DNA of 59,111 nucleotides, counting the filler. It is 4 parts of 4 records of this genome, joined end to end, with 100 filler letters (N's around TTAATTAATTAA, not from the genome) between each part and the next. Parts side by side here need not be neighbours in the genome. Positions count along the whole stretch, not along the records: positions 32,371 to 42,897 come from DRR378314_2609; positions 42,998 to 59,111 come from DRR378314_2610; 2 more parts are not named here. One strand, 5' to 3'. Below are positions 34,216-46,081 of the stretch, in pieces. The notes beneath the pieces were generated by a model, which was not told where the DNA came from, did no database searches, and saw nothing but the letters and a program-made list of their open reading frames with translations. The stretch's first letter is position 1. Each line of letters starts with the position of its first letter. The position numbers and the translations under genes are program-made.

Positions 34216-36129
34216 ATGAGTGCTGAGGGAGAGCGCTTCCATGGAAAATGGCTCGATAGCCGGCCGTCCAGACTTCGCGAAGTGCTTCGCAAGTGCGAGG
34301 TGAAACTGCGACCGCACGAGTGCTGTCGAATGCCCGTCTACGTGCGAAACGCTTACCGCCAGTGCGCAGCTCACTGCCACTACCAGATTAGGCTATCAAA
34401 AACTTGGAAGAAAAAATGTGAGCAACTGCTTATTAAATGTATCGAAGAGGACCGCAGCGACCACATAGCAAGGTATATGTTGCAGGAGTATATCGGTTCG
34501 GGCGGGTCCGCTGACATAGGCTCTCCCATTTCCGGTGGCTCAGTACAGAACACTGAGGACGATGTACGCGAAGATGCGTGTAAGAGCGTGCGGGAACTTC
34601 TCTCCGAGTCCGTCGCAAGGTTGAACTCCGCTCAATTTAAACAATCGTTAGATCTATGCCTGCAAGCGGAAGAACACGAATGCCACGCGGAGCTGCGCGA
34701 CAGCGTTTTCGATCACAAAGCAGTAGTACTGTGCAGAGGCGACACTCAAGCTTCTTCTGATGTGAGGAAGGACTGCGTCAACGCATTGGACGAAAAGATA
34801 AAAATGCTTGGATGTCCCAAGAAAATAAGTGGATATCGTTGTATTCAAGCAAAATTATACATTGCAATGCAGGATTATGTCACGGCAGAGGAAATAGCCT
34901 GCATTGCTTACGAGGAAGATGAATCAAACACGGCGGCACTGGAAGTTCTGAGCCGCTGCGTCGCAAGACAGCACGAAGACAAAGATGATCAACGGAAGAT
35001 GCTAGAAAAATTGCTGCAAGTTGAACGCCTTACAGCCACTCTCGTGGACCAAGTCGCTTTTCTGTATGAACACCTCGAAGAGAATGAAGAAGCTCTGAAA
35101 TATTTACAGAAGAATGTCGGAGAGAAAGGCGATTTTGCCGAAAACCATTATTTGTGGTATCGTTACTTTGGCCTCCGGATTCAGTGCGCCAAGGGCAACT
35201 GCGAGGACGAACTCTTCCGCTCGATCAGAGACGAGATTGACGACAAGATTCACGAATGGACGAAAAAAGATAGGAGCTCATCTCCAGAAACTTACATTGA
35301 CTTCTCTTTTATTGCATCGATTGAGGCACTGAAAATGAAAATGACTGACAATGCGGACGAAAAGACCAAAATTGCGAAACGGGCTGCCAAGTTCGGTTTT
35401 GATAGAGATGCTTTTGAGCAGCTGAAGTCTGCATTTCCGCCGAATCCTGACGTAAAAGAAAAGGTCTTGCGTTGGCGAGTATATACAACGCACTCGCGTT
35501 TGATTATCGGATTGTATCTATGCAAGCTGGGGCGATGTTTTCCTGACAAAAATGACGACTTCTTGGAAGAAGTGATCAAGGATGTCGCGGAACGATTGCT
35601 CTTCGCGTGCACTTCGAAGGAAAATCCCTGTAGCGAATCGTGGAAATCACTCCTTTTGCACGATCTATGCAAACTGCAGGTTGAATGGGATATCAAATTC
35701 AAACCAAAAGAAAACGTCACGATTTGCAGCAGTCTAATCGAAAAGCTGCGGGAAATGAAGATGGAGGATGTAGATGTCAAATGTATTGACAGATTATGGA
35801 ATAGTCGAGAATCTCTCCTCCATCGGTGTTTCTATCTTGGGCATGATCGGCTTCTGCGAGCCACGATGCGAAAGGACATTAAACATGGAATTATGTATCC
35901 AAAAAAAACAGATGATACGAAACATTCTGCGAAAGACCACGTTAAACGTTTTTACTATGAAACTAGCTTTTTGTCCTTTGCGACGATATTTGAGTCGGTA
36001 CTATTTCGGACGCTGCAACAGTTTGCGCAGGTAAAAGGATCAAGTTTTGAGGAAGTAAATGGCGAAATGCGGATCATATACGAGTTCGATCCAGAAAAGG
36101 TGTGCTACCTTACTACAGAACATTGTTAG
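34216..36129 (+). CDS. Hypothetical helical-repeat (TPR-like) protein; may be the first exon of a longer gene
   Basis: 637-aa uninterrupted ORF with TPR-like helices (QAKLYIAMQDYVTAEEIACIAYEEDESNTAAL). A possible donor at 36100 and downstream open segments to ~37355. Confidence 0.65.
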   Translation: MSAEGERFHGKWLDSRPSRLREVLRKCEVKLRPHECCRMPVYVRNAYRQCAAHCHYQIRLSKTWKKKCEQLLIKCIEEDRSDHIARYMLQEYIGSGGSADIGSPISGGSVQNTEDDVREDACKSVRELLSESVARLNSAQFKQSLDLCLQAEEHECHAELRDSVFDHKAVVLCRGDTQASSDVRKDCVNALDEKIKMLGCPKKISGYRCIQAKLYIAMQDYVTAEEIACIAYEEDESNTAALEVLSRCVARQHEDKDDQRKMLEKLLQVERLTATLVDQVAFLYEHLEENEEALKYLQKNVGEKGDFAENHYLWYRYFGLRIQCAKGNCEDELFRSIRDEIDDKIHEWTKKDRSSSPETYIDFSFIASIEALKMKMTDNADEKTKIAKRAAKFGFDRDAFEQLKSAFPPNPDVKEKVLRWRVYTTHSRLIIGLYLCKLGRCFPDKNDDFLEEVIKDVAERLLFACTSKENPCSESWKSLLLHDLCKLQVEWDIKFKPKENVTICSSLIEKLREMKMEDVDVKCIDRLWNSRESLLHRCFYLGHDRLLRATMRKDIKHGIMYPKKTDDTKHSAKDHVKRFYYETSFLSFATIFESVLFRTLQQFAQVKGSSFEEVNGEMRIIYEFDPEKVCYLTTEHC

Positions 36130-39100
36130 CTCGTATAGCGCGAAGTGGTGCTGCATGGTTAATTTGCGGTGTCGGACTGCTCTACTTGTTGCTTTGCTAT
36201 CCCGCTTGTAATCGTATTGCGAAGCTGTTAGTTTCCTGCAGTGTTGCAGACATACTATCCGCTCACAAGAGATTATTGTCTCGGTGAAGTGTAAATTTTG
36301 CATCACTAGCGCGGTATTCGCTGATTGCAGTGTATTTGCCACTGCAAATTTGTGGAAAGGGAGAAAGAATGCGATGCATATGTGTTCCTTCCCCCTTTCT
36401 CACTTAGACACACCGAGGGACAATCGCACAAGAGGATAAGCAGATTTTTTATTTTTTATTTTTCAGAGTGCTTCGTAGAGCTCACCAGATTCGATTTGCG
36501 GAATGTTCGAATTACCAGAGTACATTACTCGGAGTTGCGCGAGATTTACGACACAGCATGCGTTGATAACACATTTTTTTTCCATACGTCGTTCAGTGCT
36601 ACACCCAAACGGCTCCTGTGGCAATTGTCTTACTTCGCCAATATTGAGCAAGTCTTTCTCAGGTTTGAATAATCTTTTTATTATCATATTAGTACGAATA
36701 TTGCACAAATCTCACAGGCCTCGTGCTTTTGCGAATGCGCATTGAATAGATTCCCTTTTCTGATTCCTATCTCCCAGAGCAGGAAGAACCTTCTGACAAT
36801 TGCGACTTTCTTGTTAAGAAGCGGATGGAAAAAGAACAGGAGTGTGTTTTGCGATGTCGTGATGGTGTCTCGACCTTGGACGCTTCGCAAAAGTGGGATA
36901 TTTTTCAGGTATGGCGCAGGAAGATGTGCTGTTTCGGCCGATTCCTGCTTCAGTGTAACTCTGAGTGTTTATATCTGATTGGCCGCTACGATACTTTCCG
37001 CCGCAGCAGATTATCAATAGTTGCTGCACCGAATCTCACCATTTTGACTGATAGTTGCGAAAGTATTCTGCGATGGGATACATGTAGATCGCATGGAAAT
37101 CGAAAAAAGGCGAGAGGTTTTGGGAAGTGCTGAGGGACCAACGTGACTTTGAGCTTGCGAGAGAGATGATTCCAAAAAAATTTACGCCTCTCGGCTGCTT
37201 GTTTGTCGACACTTTTGAGAGTTTTTGCCAGCCGAAGACTTCTAAAAGCAGTAAGAAATGCACATTGGAAATTTTTATTCTGAGGTCTACTCGTGTTCTT
37301 GGTCAGCAACGTCTGCAAGATGTGGTGGCAATGGCGATTGAAAGCTCCCGTTCGTGAGCCTTCTTCTCTTCTTCTCAGTCTCTGCTACAATGCGTTCAGT
37401 TAGAGAACTCTGCCGTTTACAAATTTTCATCCTTAAGAAGACAGCCGTATAGGTTCTGAATTTCTCGTACTCTATCACTTCTGTGGCTCTGGCAGTAAAT
37501 TGAGGCTCAGTATGCACGAAGAAATAAAATATTATCCAATACAAGTGCGCTACCGCCCATCGTTGCACGTGGTCCGACATCTCTGCTGCCATTACAGTAT
37601 GAAAGATTTAATATGATTCCCGGGAACCTCAGCGTTCCAAACAACGACACATTGCTTATCAACACTAAATGCTCCTGAAAATTGCGCGCTCAACGTACAC
37701 TTGAACGTTTGCACAGGTCACTCAAGCGCACACAACAGTTTCGCACAACCAAGACTGATCAGCGGTACAAGCGCCACAGGGTCCCTACTGTTCCAAGGTG
37801 GATCAGCGCCCGATGTATCATATTGTAGCGGGAATTTACAAAGACATCCAATGGCGGACACAAGCACACAAACGTCAAAGGAATACGATGATTAGCGAAC
37901 TCAGAGGCAAATTTTCTTCTTGAAATGCGTGGGGAGTCCTTGAGGGCACAAACTACAAGCAGACGTTTATATTGCAGCCAAATACGAACCATATGTAGTG
38001 GTGCTTTTTGTCGGCACAGGGTGTCAAGAATTCGAGTGCTTCCGTACGTCTGCGGTAAAGAAGCATGTGGCTTCTTTGCCGCGAATGGACTTATTCTGGG
38101 TGGATGTGTCGGAATCTATGACGCGTCAACGGCCCGATTCCGCTCAAGACTTTAACTCAAGTTTACGGGTAGTGTGTCCTGCTCTTGTCACGGAATGAGG
38201 GCGTTCCTACCAAAAGAGGTCCTAAACTAGTGCTGTATTGAAAACATGCTACATTTGTTTGCTGACGGCTAGGGTATGACAAGGTTGCCATTTTAATACT
38301 TACTGTATCGCACGTGTATTAGGCGCTTTTCTTCTGTCATAAAGTGTGAGAATTTTCACGGTGAGGATTCATTTCAGTTATGTGTGTGCACCGATTTTCG
38401 TGAAAAGCTCTGACTTGCTGCCAGAAGCTCACCAGGGACCTCTCAGAAAATGGGCAAGCTGTTGCAATGAGTATGTGAAAATTGGTAGAGACCATGGGCG
38501 AGGCGATTGCTGAAGGCTGCTGATTGGCAATAGTTCATTGCATGTCACCTGTTCGTATTCGGCAGTGGATTTTTGTTAAAGACCAAAAAGGTACAATCCG
38601 GACCCAGTGCTTCCTATGAAGCTGTTCGTACCCAAGTTGCTCACAATTATACTTTATGAAGAAATATATCGTAACATGAAAGCAGAGGCTGTAAAAATGC
38701 ATTAGCTGCAGGGAAGGGGACTGAGTAGCTAATTTTTTGCTCTACAGTTACTCGATTGTGCAGGAATCATATTCCGCAAGTAAAGATGATAATAAATCTT
38801 TGCACCGCTTGTGTTACACACTGCATAGGTTCCTGATATCGCAAGTAGTAAGGTTTGTAGTAAAGTTAATACGATATGATCCCGATAGCATACTTGATGA
38901 TTTTGTATGCGGTCCTTCGAGAAGTATTAAGTAATGGAGGACGCCGGACAAGCGTGAATCCCAGGCCCAAATAAGTACACGATTGTCGCCGATGTTATGC
39001 CAAAACTCAAAGTAATGCGCAGGCAATGTCGTAAAAGCACGTTCGAACTTACAAATACCGAGAATGTATTCTCTGAGGCTGAGGGCCGGAAGATAATGCG

Positions 39101-39871
39101 ACCTTCTTGCTGGATCAAATCCAAAACGACGTCCCAAGGAGGCGGAGGGGATCTTTGGGGGTTTAAGAAACATCGCTTGTACAGCAGACACTGAAAAAAA
39201 ATCTTAGTGTATCCTATCGGTTAACCGTGCCGATGACGGTAAGCATTACCACGAGAGGTAGTCTACTGATCAAGAATACTACAAAACTACCAGATGAAGC
39301 GCGGGTCGACTGAACCTTATTTCTTCTATAAAATGCGAAAGCCTTCCATCGTGCGAGTTGCAAAGAAAGTCTACCAAATAACGAGAATACAGGCTGGAAG
39401 CATCGAGAGATTAGACAGACAGAATCGCAGTGGGGAAGGCACTATCGATGCAATTTATCTGCCACTACGTACAAAAGGACCCGAACAGATCGTTGCATAA
39501 GTATGGATGATAAAAATTGTCGCTGGCCTGTGCACGGGCATAAAAGATCAATAGGAGAATGAAGAAATACACAGCCAGGTACAGCACGCATCTGATGAAT
39601 GACCATGCTGATACACTTTCTTATCGGCCCAGTACATGTGGAGCTGTTTGAGTCTCCAACACGATTAAGTGCGGCAAAAACGAAGGAAATTGCGCAACTC
39701 CTCCAAAATAAACTTGAATTTGTTTCATAGGTTGTTGGTTACAGGTTTGATCTTGGATACCGATGCGAGCAAAAACGGGTGTCGCTTGGATAATTCGATG
39801 TATTTCAACGGGCGAGTTGCTCCCTCGACTCCTTTCGGCGGGAGCTTATGTATCACATCAGAAATCATTTC

Positions 39872-40753
39872 TCACCGAAACGCATCCCGCAGTTTCTCAA
39901 AACTCTTCAACAGCGCTTTGAAAACTTCTGCTCCCCAATATTGAATAAAGTAAGAAAGTTCGGATTTCTTTGGAAGCACCATTTTGTGTTTCAGCTTGTA
40001 TACTCTTACACAAGAAATCATAGCGACAACATCATCGCAGAATTGTCCCTTCCGCTTTCGAAGAAAAGCTTCGTCCACATCCAAAGCTTCCACAGAGCAT
40101 TCTTCTGCCCACAGCTTGCAAGACTGTTCTACTTTCTTGAGGACATAGTCAGTAAGAGAAAATTTAAACGTCATCGAATTCTGGCCGTGGGCGAACAAGC
40201 AGCGCACCCCAAAAAAGAATCTGTGCCAATCGATCCAAGTTGTGCCGTGTTCAGCAATATTGAAATACACTTTTCGGTTTTCATCCTTATCACGGAACAA
40301 TTCAAGAGGCACAAAGACCATTTCTACCTTTCTAAGATAACTAGAGGATGGCCTCTCGCACACACCATCAATCTGTTCAAAGTAAGAGTTATTTGCAAAC
40401 CAGTTCCACGGCCTTCCTTGATTGGGTTCGACTTGATTTATGTTCTCCTTCTTTGCCAAGTCTTTTGATAACGTCAGCATGCACTCTTCGTAGGATGTAT
40501 ACAAGGAAATATATTTATCCGCCTCTTCCCAAGCTGCGGCCCACTCCGCAAAGAACGGATCTTGATCAGTGGTGTAATCCCACGATGATAGCGCGGCATT
40601 TCTTGCCAATATGTCTTTTTCGATTCCCTTCAGCGCAATCGTGCGGGCTGAAGATCTTTCTTTGGTACCGCGCAGCGCCTTTATCGATCTAAAACGCATG
40701 ACACTTGCGTGCATGTGCATTGTTTCTACGGCTTTTTCCGTTGGATCGGACAT
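39872..40753 (-). CDS. Hypothetical protein with HEPN-like Rx4H motif
   Basis: About 293 aa from MSDPT, predominantly helical; RCLFAHG at 40204-40184. Confidence 0.6.
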   Translation of the reverse strand: MSDPTEKAVETMHMHASVMRFRSIKALRGTKERSSARTIALKGIEKDILARNAALSSWDYTTDQDPFFAEWAAAWEEADKYISLYTSYEECMLTLSKDLAKKENINQVEPNQGRPWNWFANNSYFEQIDGVCERPSSSYLRKVEMVFVPLELFRDKDENRKVYFNIAEHGTTWIDWHRFFFGVRCLFAHGQNSMTFKFSLTDYVLKKVEQSCKLWAEECSVEALDVDEAFLRKRKGQFCDDVVAMISCVRVYKLKHKMVLPKKSELSYFIQYWGAEVFKALLKSFEKLRDAFR

Positions 40754-42870
40754 GGTCTGTAGAGGAGCACATAAGCACACGTGAATATAGTTAGCTAGCC
40801 ACCATGTGTTCCAGATCTAGCGCACGTCTCCTTCGGAACCGCGGCTTTGTAATATATGTGAATGGATAGTAATGCACACAGCGCAAATACAGTCAAGACT
40901 TAATTTTCTTGCTCCGCACTTTTCCGAGAATCAATATGCTCAGCGGAATTTATTTGTTTATAACAACTCCGATTGCGCAGGGCCAAGACAACGGTGCGTT
41001 CGGAAAGTATATACAGAATGCGCTGCGCCTTCTGCAACACTCGGAAAGATGCCATAAGTTCCGCCCTCTTCATTTCAAACTGCACGCATCAACACCACAA
41101 ATCGAGTCATTTCAGTATAGAAATTCTTTTACAAAATTTATTCGCGTTGCAAATACCTCGCTCCCGCAAAAGGGACGGCAAAGAGAAGAAAACAGGTAAG
41201 CCCCCCAAAAGAGCTACTGCCGCGTGCAATGTCCCACGCACGACCGCAAACGCGCGAGCAGGCTGAGCACACGACTAGCGCGCAGACCTATTGTATACCA
41301 GACCTTGTCAATCAATCAACACCATATAGCATGATGCACACTACTGTCTTTCTTGGCATTAGCTTTTTTCTCTTCAAATTGCAGTGCAGCGTTAACTTCT
41401 TGCACCAACCTCCCAAAGACCAAGGTAGTGAGCAGGAACACTGCGTTCCTGTAGTCGCGTTGGCAACGCGAGTTGGCAAAACTGCTTCACCAATACAGCG
41501 TGGGAAGCGCCTCATCAGTGTCGCAAGCAAATTGTCTACGAATACAAGCTGCCGTCAAATTAACGTATAAAGCAAATACAATACATCGATAAGAATTGAA
41601 ACTGGCGAAAAGGTCCAGTTGCAGGGGATTTATGGACAGTACAATAGGCAGTGAGCACGCGTGTTGAACGAACTCATGCCGGTGAGAGACTTCCTTGACA
41701 AGCAAACCGGCAAGCTGAAAAAAGAAAGCAAATAACAAACACGACAACAGGCACCTGCTCTCCACTAACACGGGGAAACCTTAGCCAACACACTCACTTA
41801 CCTCTTGGGACACTGTCAGTGTAGGGGATATATGACGAGGAACAAGATGCTTTGTGTTCTCGTGAGGTCTTTCCGTGCGGATAGTGAGAGTCCTTGCAGA
41901 TAACGAGGGGCCGAGGGAGTGTTTCGCAGCTCGCCGCACGTTGCACTGGGAGCAGGCCCCTGCTTTTGGAATAGGGCCGTTGAGCCCCAACGAATGCTCA
42001 ACGGACGGCGCTCTCAGTTTCGCCTATTGAAACACGAATGTGAGCAAAGTACGCAGCTCTCTCTCGTGCAGGTAGTACTGGTACAGAGCTCAGTAGACCC
42101 ACTGAACCGCTGAATGTCATTTTAAACCCTAGTAATTGAACCATATTTCCTTGCGTGGATTTTGGAACCTGTGAAGCCAGCTCGCACATGAATTCTTTCG
42201 TTGTTTCTTCGTGGTCTATTTAATACTAGAGCTTCACGGTATTCACGGTACTGGAATATGGTCAAAGTGAAACAATGAAGATACTTGGAGGGGAGACCTA
42301 TCCTAATTCCAGCTCGATTCCCATTGAAGTTGGTTTGTCAAGTCGAGTGCGATGGCGCCTGAATTCACTTCGCAACTCAGTTCATTTCGCCGACGCACTC
42401 AGCGCAGTTTGTACGACCAACTGTTAAATGCCGCAGAAATCTCGCAGCATATTCCGTGTATATTTGCCAACGTCTTGCGTCATTGTATGTACATCTGAAA
42501 CAGGCGCATTCAATGCATTCACGGCGAGACGCTAACCCGATGTTACCAGTGTATACATATTTGCTGTGCTTCGCAAGCATAGATCTTCTAAAACCTGTGT
42601 TTTCCCAACTCCGAAGTATGTCAAGGCAGTGCGGGGAGAAACTTTTCTGTGAAAAATGTGAAGCTATGCGCACGCAATGCTCTCAAGTTATTTATTTATC
42701 TGCTAAACAAGAATCGCACGAAATTGAGAGCGAGCCAAAGAAACAAATCGGCATCAACTCCGCCATCCTCTTGCTGTCGCTCGAAATACTCCATTCAGCG
42801 AGCTTGTGTTACCGGGTCTCCAAGAATGAAGCGGAGAACAAGAGAATAGCACGTGGAGCTAAGGACAAGA

Positions 42871-42897
42871 CAACAACAACAACAACAACAACAACAA
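42871..42897 (+). repeat. (CAA)9 microsatellite at contig end
   Basis: Nine direct CAA copies abutting the N linker. Confidence 0.95.
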
Positions 42898-42997
42898 NNN
42901 NNNNNNNNNNNNNNNNNNNNNNNNNNNNNNNNNNNNNNNNNTTAATTAATTAANNNNNNNNNNNNNNNNNNNNNNNNNNNNNNNNNNNNNNNNNNNN
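42898..42997. other. Artificial contig linker
   Basis: N44-TTAATTAATTAA-N44. Confidence 0.98.
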
Positions 42998-44596
42998 CAT
43001 GCGGTGGCCCGAGACGTTGATCACGTCATCGACGCGGCCGGTGATCCAGTAGTCACCATCCTCATCCCGACGGCAACCGTCGCCGGTGAAATAGTAGCCT
43101 TTGTAATCCGAGAAATAGGTCTTTTCGAACCGCTCGTGATCGCCCCAGACGGTGCGCATCTGACCGGGCCAGCTGTCTTTGATGCACAGAACACCCTCGA
43201 CGCCATTGCCTTCGATCTCGACGCCGGATTGAGGGTCCAGAACCACCGGTTCGATACCAAAGAACGGCTTCATGGCCGAACCGGGCTTCATCGCATGGGC
43301 ACCGGGCAGGGGGGTCATCAGATGACCACCGGTTTCAGTTTGCCACCATGTGTCCACGATGGGGCAACGTCCGCCGCCGATAACTTCGTTGTACCAGTTC
43401 CAGGCTTCTGGGTTGATCGGTTCCCCGACCGTGCCCAAAGTGCGCAGATCGCTCAGGTCGCACTTCTCGACCCACTCGTTGCCTTGCCCCATCAGGGCGC
43501 GCAACGCGGTGGGCGCGGTATAGAATTGGTTTACCTTATGCTTTTCGCAGACTTGCCAGAACCGGCTGGCATCAGGATAGGTCGGCACCCCCTCGAACAT
43601 CAGCGTGGTCGCGCCATTGGCCAGCGGGCCATAGACGATATAGCTGTGGCCAGTGACCCAGCCCACGTCAGCGGTACACCAATAAATATCGCCCTCGTGA
43701 TAGTCGAAGGTAATTTCATGGGTCATCGCGGCATAGACCAGATAGCCGCCGGTCGTGTGCACGACACCCTTTGGCTGACCGGTCGAGCCGGAAGTGTAGA
43801 GGATGAACAACGGATCTTCGGCGCTCATCTCGGCAGGCGCGCAATAGTCATCCGCCTCAAGCGCCATTTCATTGTAGTCATAGTCGCGACCGTCAATCCA
43901 CGTGGTCTGACCCCCGGTGCGCTTGACCACCAGACACTTCACGGTGTCCTTGCAATGCAACAGCGCAGCATCAGCGTTGGATTTCAGTGGCGTCTTGCGA
44001 CCGCCGCGCGGGGCCTCATCCGCAGTAATCACGACCTTTGCGTCGCAGCCATTGACCCGGGCTGCAAGCGCGTCAGGGGAAAAGCCTGCAAAAACAATCG
44101 AATGGATCGCACCAATACGTGCGCAGGCCAGCATGGCATAGGCCGCCTCGGGGATCATGGGCAGATAGATCACCACACGGTCGCCTTTGCGCACACCCAA
44201 GGATTCCAGAATATTGGCCATCCGGCAGGTGCGGCGATGCAGTTCGGCATAGCTGATGTGCTGCGCGGCGTCGTTTGGATCATCCGGCTCCCAGATGATC
44301 GCGGTTTGATCGCCGCGGGTATTCAGATGCCGGTCAAGGCAGTTGGCCGACACATTTAATGTGCCATCGGCATACCAGTTGATATTGACCGAACCGAAGC
44401 TGTAATCGACGTCCTTGACCTGAGTATAGGGTTTGATCCAGTCAACCCGCTTGCCCTGTTCATTCCAGAACGCTTCGGGGTTGTTGACCGAAGCCGCGTA
44501 CATATCTGTGTACTTGTCGGCGTCAACATGCGCCTGAGCGACGGTTTCTGCGGATGGCGGATATGTCTTGGCATCTGCCTGGGCAGCGGTAGTCAT
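42998..44596 (-). CDS. acs: Acetyl-CoA synthetase, 3' truncated by contig end
   Basis: [54 protein letters not shown]. Confidence 0.96.
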
Positions 44597-44733
44597 TTTT
44601 GAGGCTCCTCCCTCTGGACTGGATTACATAGGATCGATAATGCCAGCCGATCAGGCAATGTCGATCCGTTTCCTCCCCGGGTTGAATAATACGGGGATCA
44701 GAAAAGAAATAAATAAATTGCGATAATCCTTGG

Positions 44734-44830
44734 ATTTATTTGTAAATAAATTTCTCCGCGACTGCTGATTTTGTAAATATTAGTATCTTTGAGGTTGAAT
44801 AAATATCAAAAACAATTGGTTACGTGTAAC
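44734..44830. promoter_or_regulatory. Candidate operators in the acs/TRAP divergent region
   Basis: Perfect inverted repeats ATTTATTT-GT-AAATAAAT (44734-44751) and GTTAC-GT-GTAAC (44819-44830); TTTGTAAATA occurs twice. Confidence 0.4.
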
Positions 44831-45004
44831 AAATTTGATGCGCTTCGTTTCGGATATCACGCCTTAGACGCATGACATGTTTCATTCGCAGTGCTTGTCC
44901 TTGGCAATTCCACCTCTACTCGGAGGGGTTGGCAGTTTCCAGACTTAGCGCTAGCTTCTCATTCAAGTGCCTCGGGAGGAGGTGCACTAATGGGAGAGAT
45001 TGCA

Positions 45005-46021
45005 ATGAACAAGATGTTGAGCGGAGCGGCTTTCGCCGCCCTGAGCGTGGCTTTTGTCACCGAGGCGGCCGCGACTGAATGGAACGCCTCGGTCTGGGGC
45101 AAGCGCCGCGCCTTTACCGAACATGTTGAGAAACTGGCCGAACTGGTCAGCGAGAAAACCGGTGGCGATTTTACGATCAATGTCAGCTATGGCGGATTGT
45201 CGAAGCCCAAGGAAAATTTGGACGGGATCGAGATTGGCGCGTTTGAAATGGCGCAGTTCTGCGCGGGTTACCACCGCGATAAAAACCGCGCGATCACGGT
45301 GCTGGAACTGCCCTTCCTTGGCGTGAACACATTGGATGAAGAAGTGGCCGTCAGTCACGCGGTCTATGATCATCCGGCGGTTAAGGATGAGATGGCGCAG
45401 TGGAACGCGCGGATCATCATGACGTCTCCGATGCCGCAGTACAATATTGTTGGCACGGGTGATCCTCGTGATGAGCTTGCCGAGTTTGACGGTATGCGCG
45501 TTCGTGCCACTGGTGGTCTGGGGCAGGCCTTCGAGGCGGTCGGTGGTGTGCCGACATCGGTACCCGCAACCGAAGCATACAATGCAATGGAATCTGGTGT
45601 GGTTGATACCGTGGCCTTCGCACAGCACGCGCATCTGTCGTTTGGTACAATCAACGAAGCTGATTGGTGGACTGCCAACCTGAACCCCGGCACAGTGAAC
45701 TGCCCAGTTGTCGTGAATATCGATGCCTACGAGGCGCTGCCTGCGGATCATCGCGAGGCGCTGGATAGCTCGATCGACGAAGCCATTGCGCATTATCTCG
45801 CCAATTATGGTGGACTGCTTGAAAAATGGGACGGCGTGCTGGAAGAGAAAGGCGTTAAAAAGGTCGAGATCGACGGCGCCGTTCTTGAAGAATTCCGCGC
45901 CAAGGCCGCCGATCCGATCCGCGCCAAGTGGATCGAAGACATGACCGCGCAAGGCCTGCCGGCACAGGATCTCTATGATCTGGTGCAAGCGACGCTGCAA
46001 CAGCAGCGCGGCGGCAACTAA
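45005..46021 (+). CDS. dctP: TRAP transporter substrate-binding protein
   Basis: Signal peptide, ELPFL, GMRVR, EAYNAMESGVVD; precedes the small and large permeases. Confidence 0.9.
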   Translation: MNKMLSGAAFAALSVAFVTEAAATEWNASVWGKRRAFTEHVEKLAELVSEKTGGDFTINVSYGGLSKPKENLDGIEIGAFEMAQFCAGYHRDKNRAITVLELPFLGVNTLDEEVAVSHAVYDHPAVKDEMAQWNARIIMTSPMPQYNIVGTGDPRDELAEFDGMRVRATGGLGQAFEAVGGVPTSVPATEAYNAMESGVVDTVAFAQHAHLSFGTINEADWWTANLNPGTVNCPVVVNIDAYEALPADHREALDSSIDEAIAHYLANYGGLLEKWDGVLEEKGVKKVEIDGAVLEEFRAKAADPIRAKWIEDMTAQGLPAQDLYDLVQATLQQQRGGN

Positions 46022-46081
46022 TCGCCGCCAGCCGGGCGTCGCAAGGCGCCCGGTGTTTCCTTCAATCAAAGGAAAACTGAG

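Noticed and set aside
42456-42897. ORF ending in poly-Thr
   Set aside because: It runs into the CAA microsatellite and the gap; there is no supporting motif.
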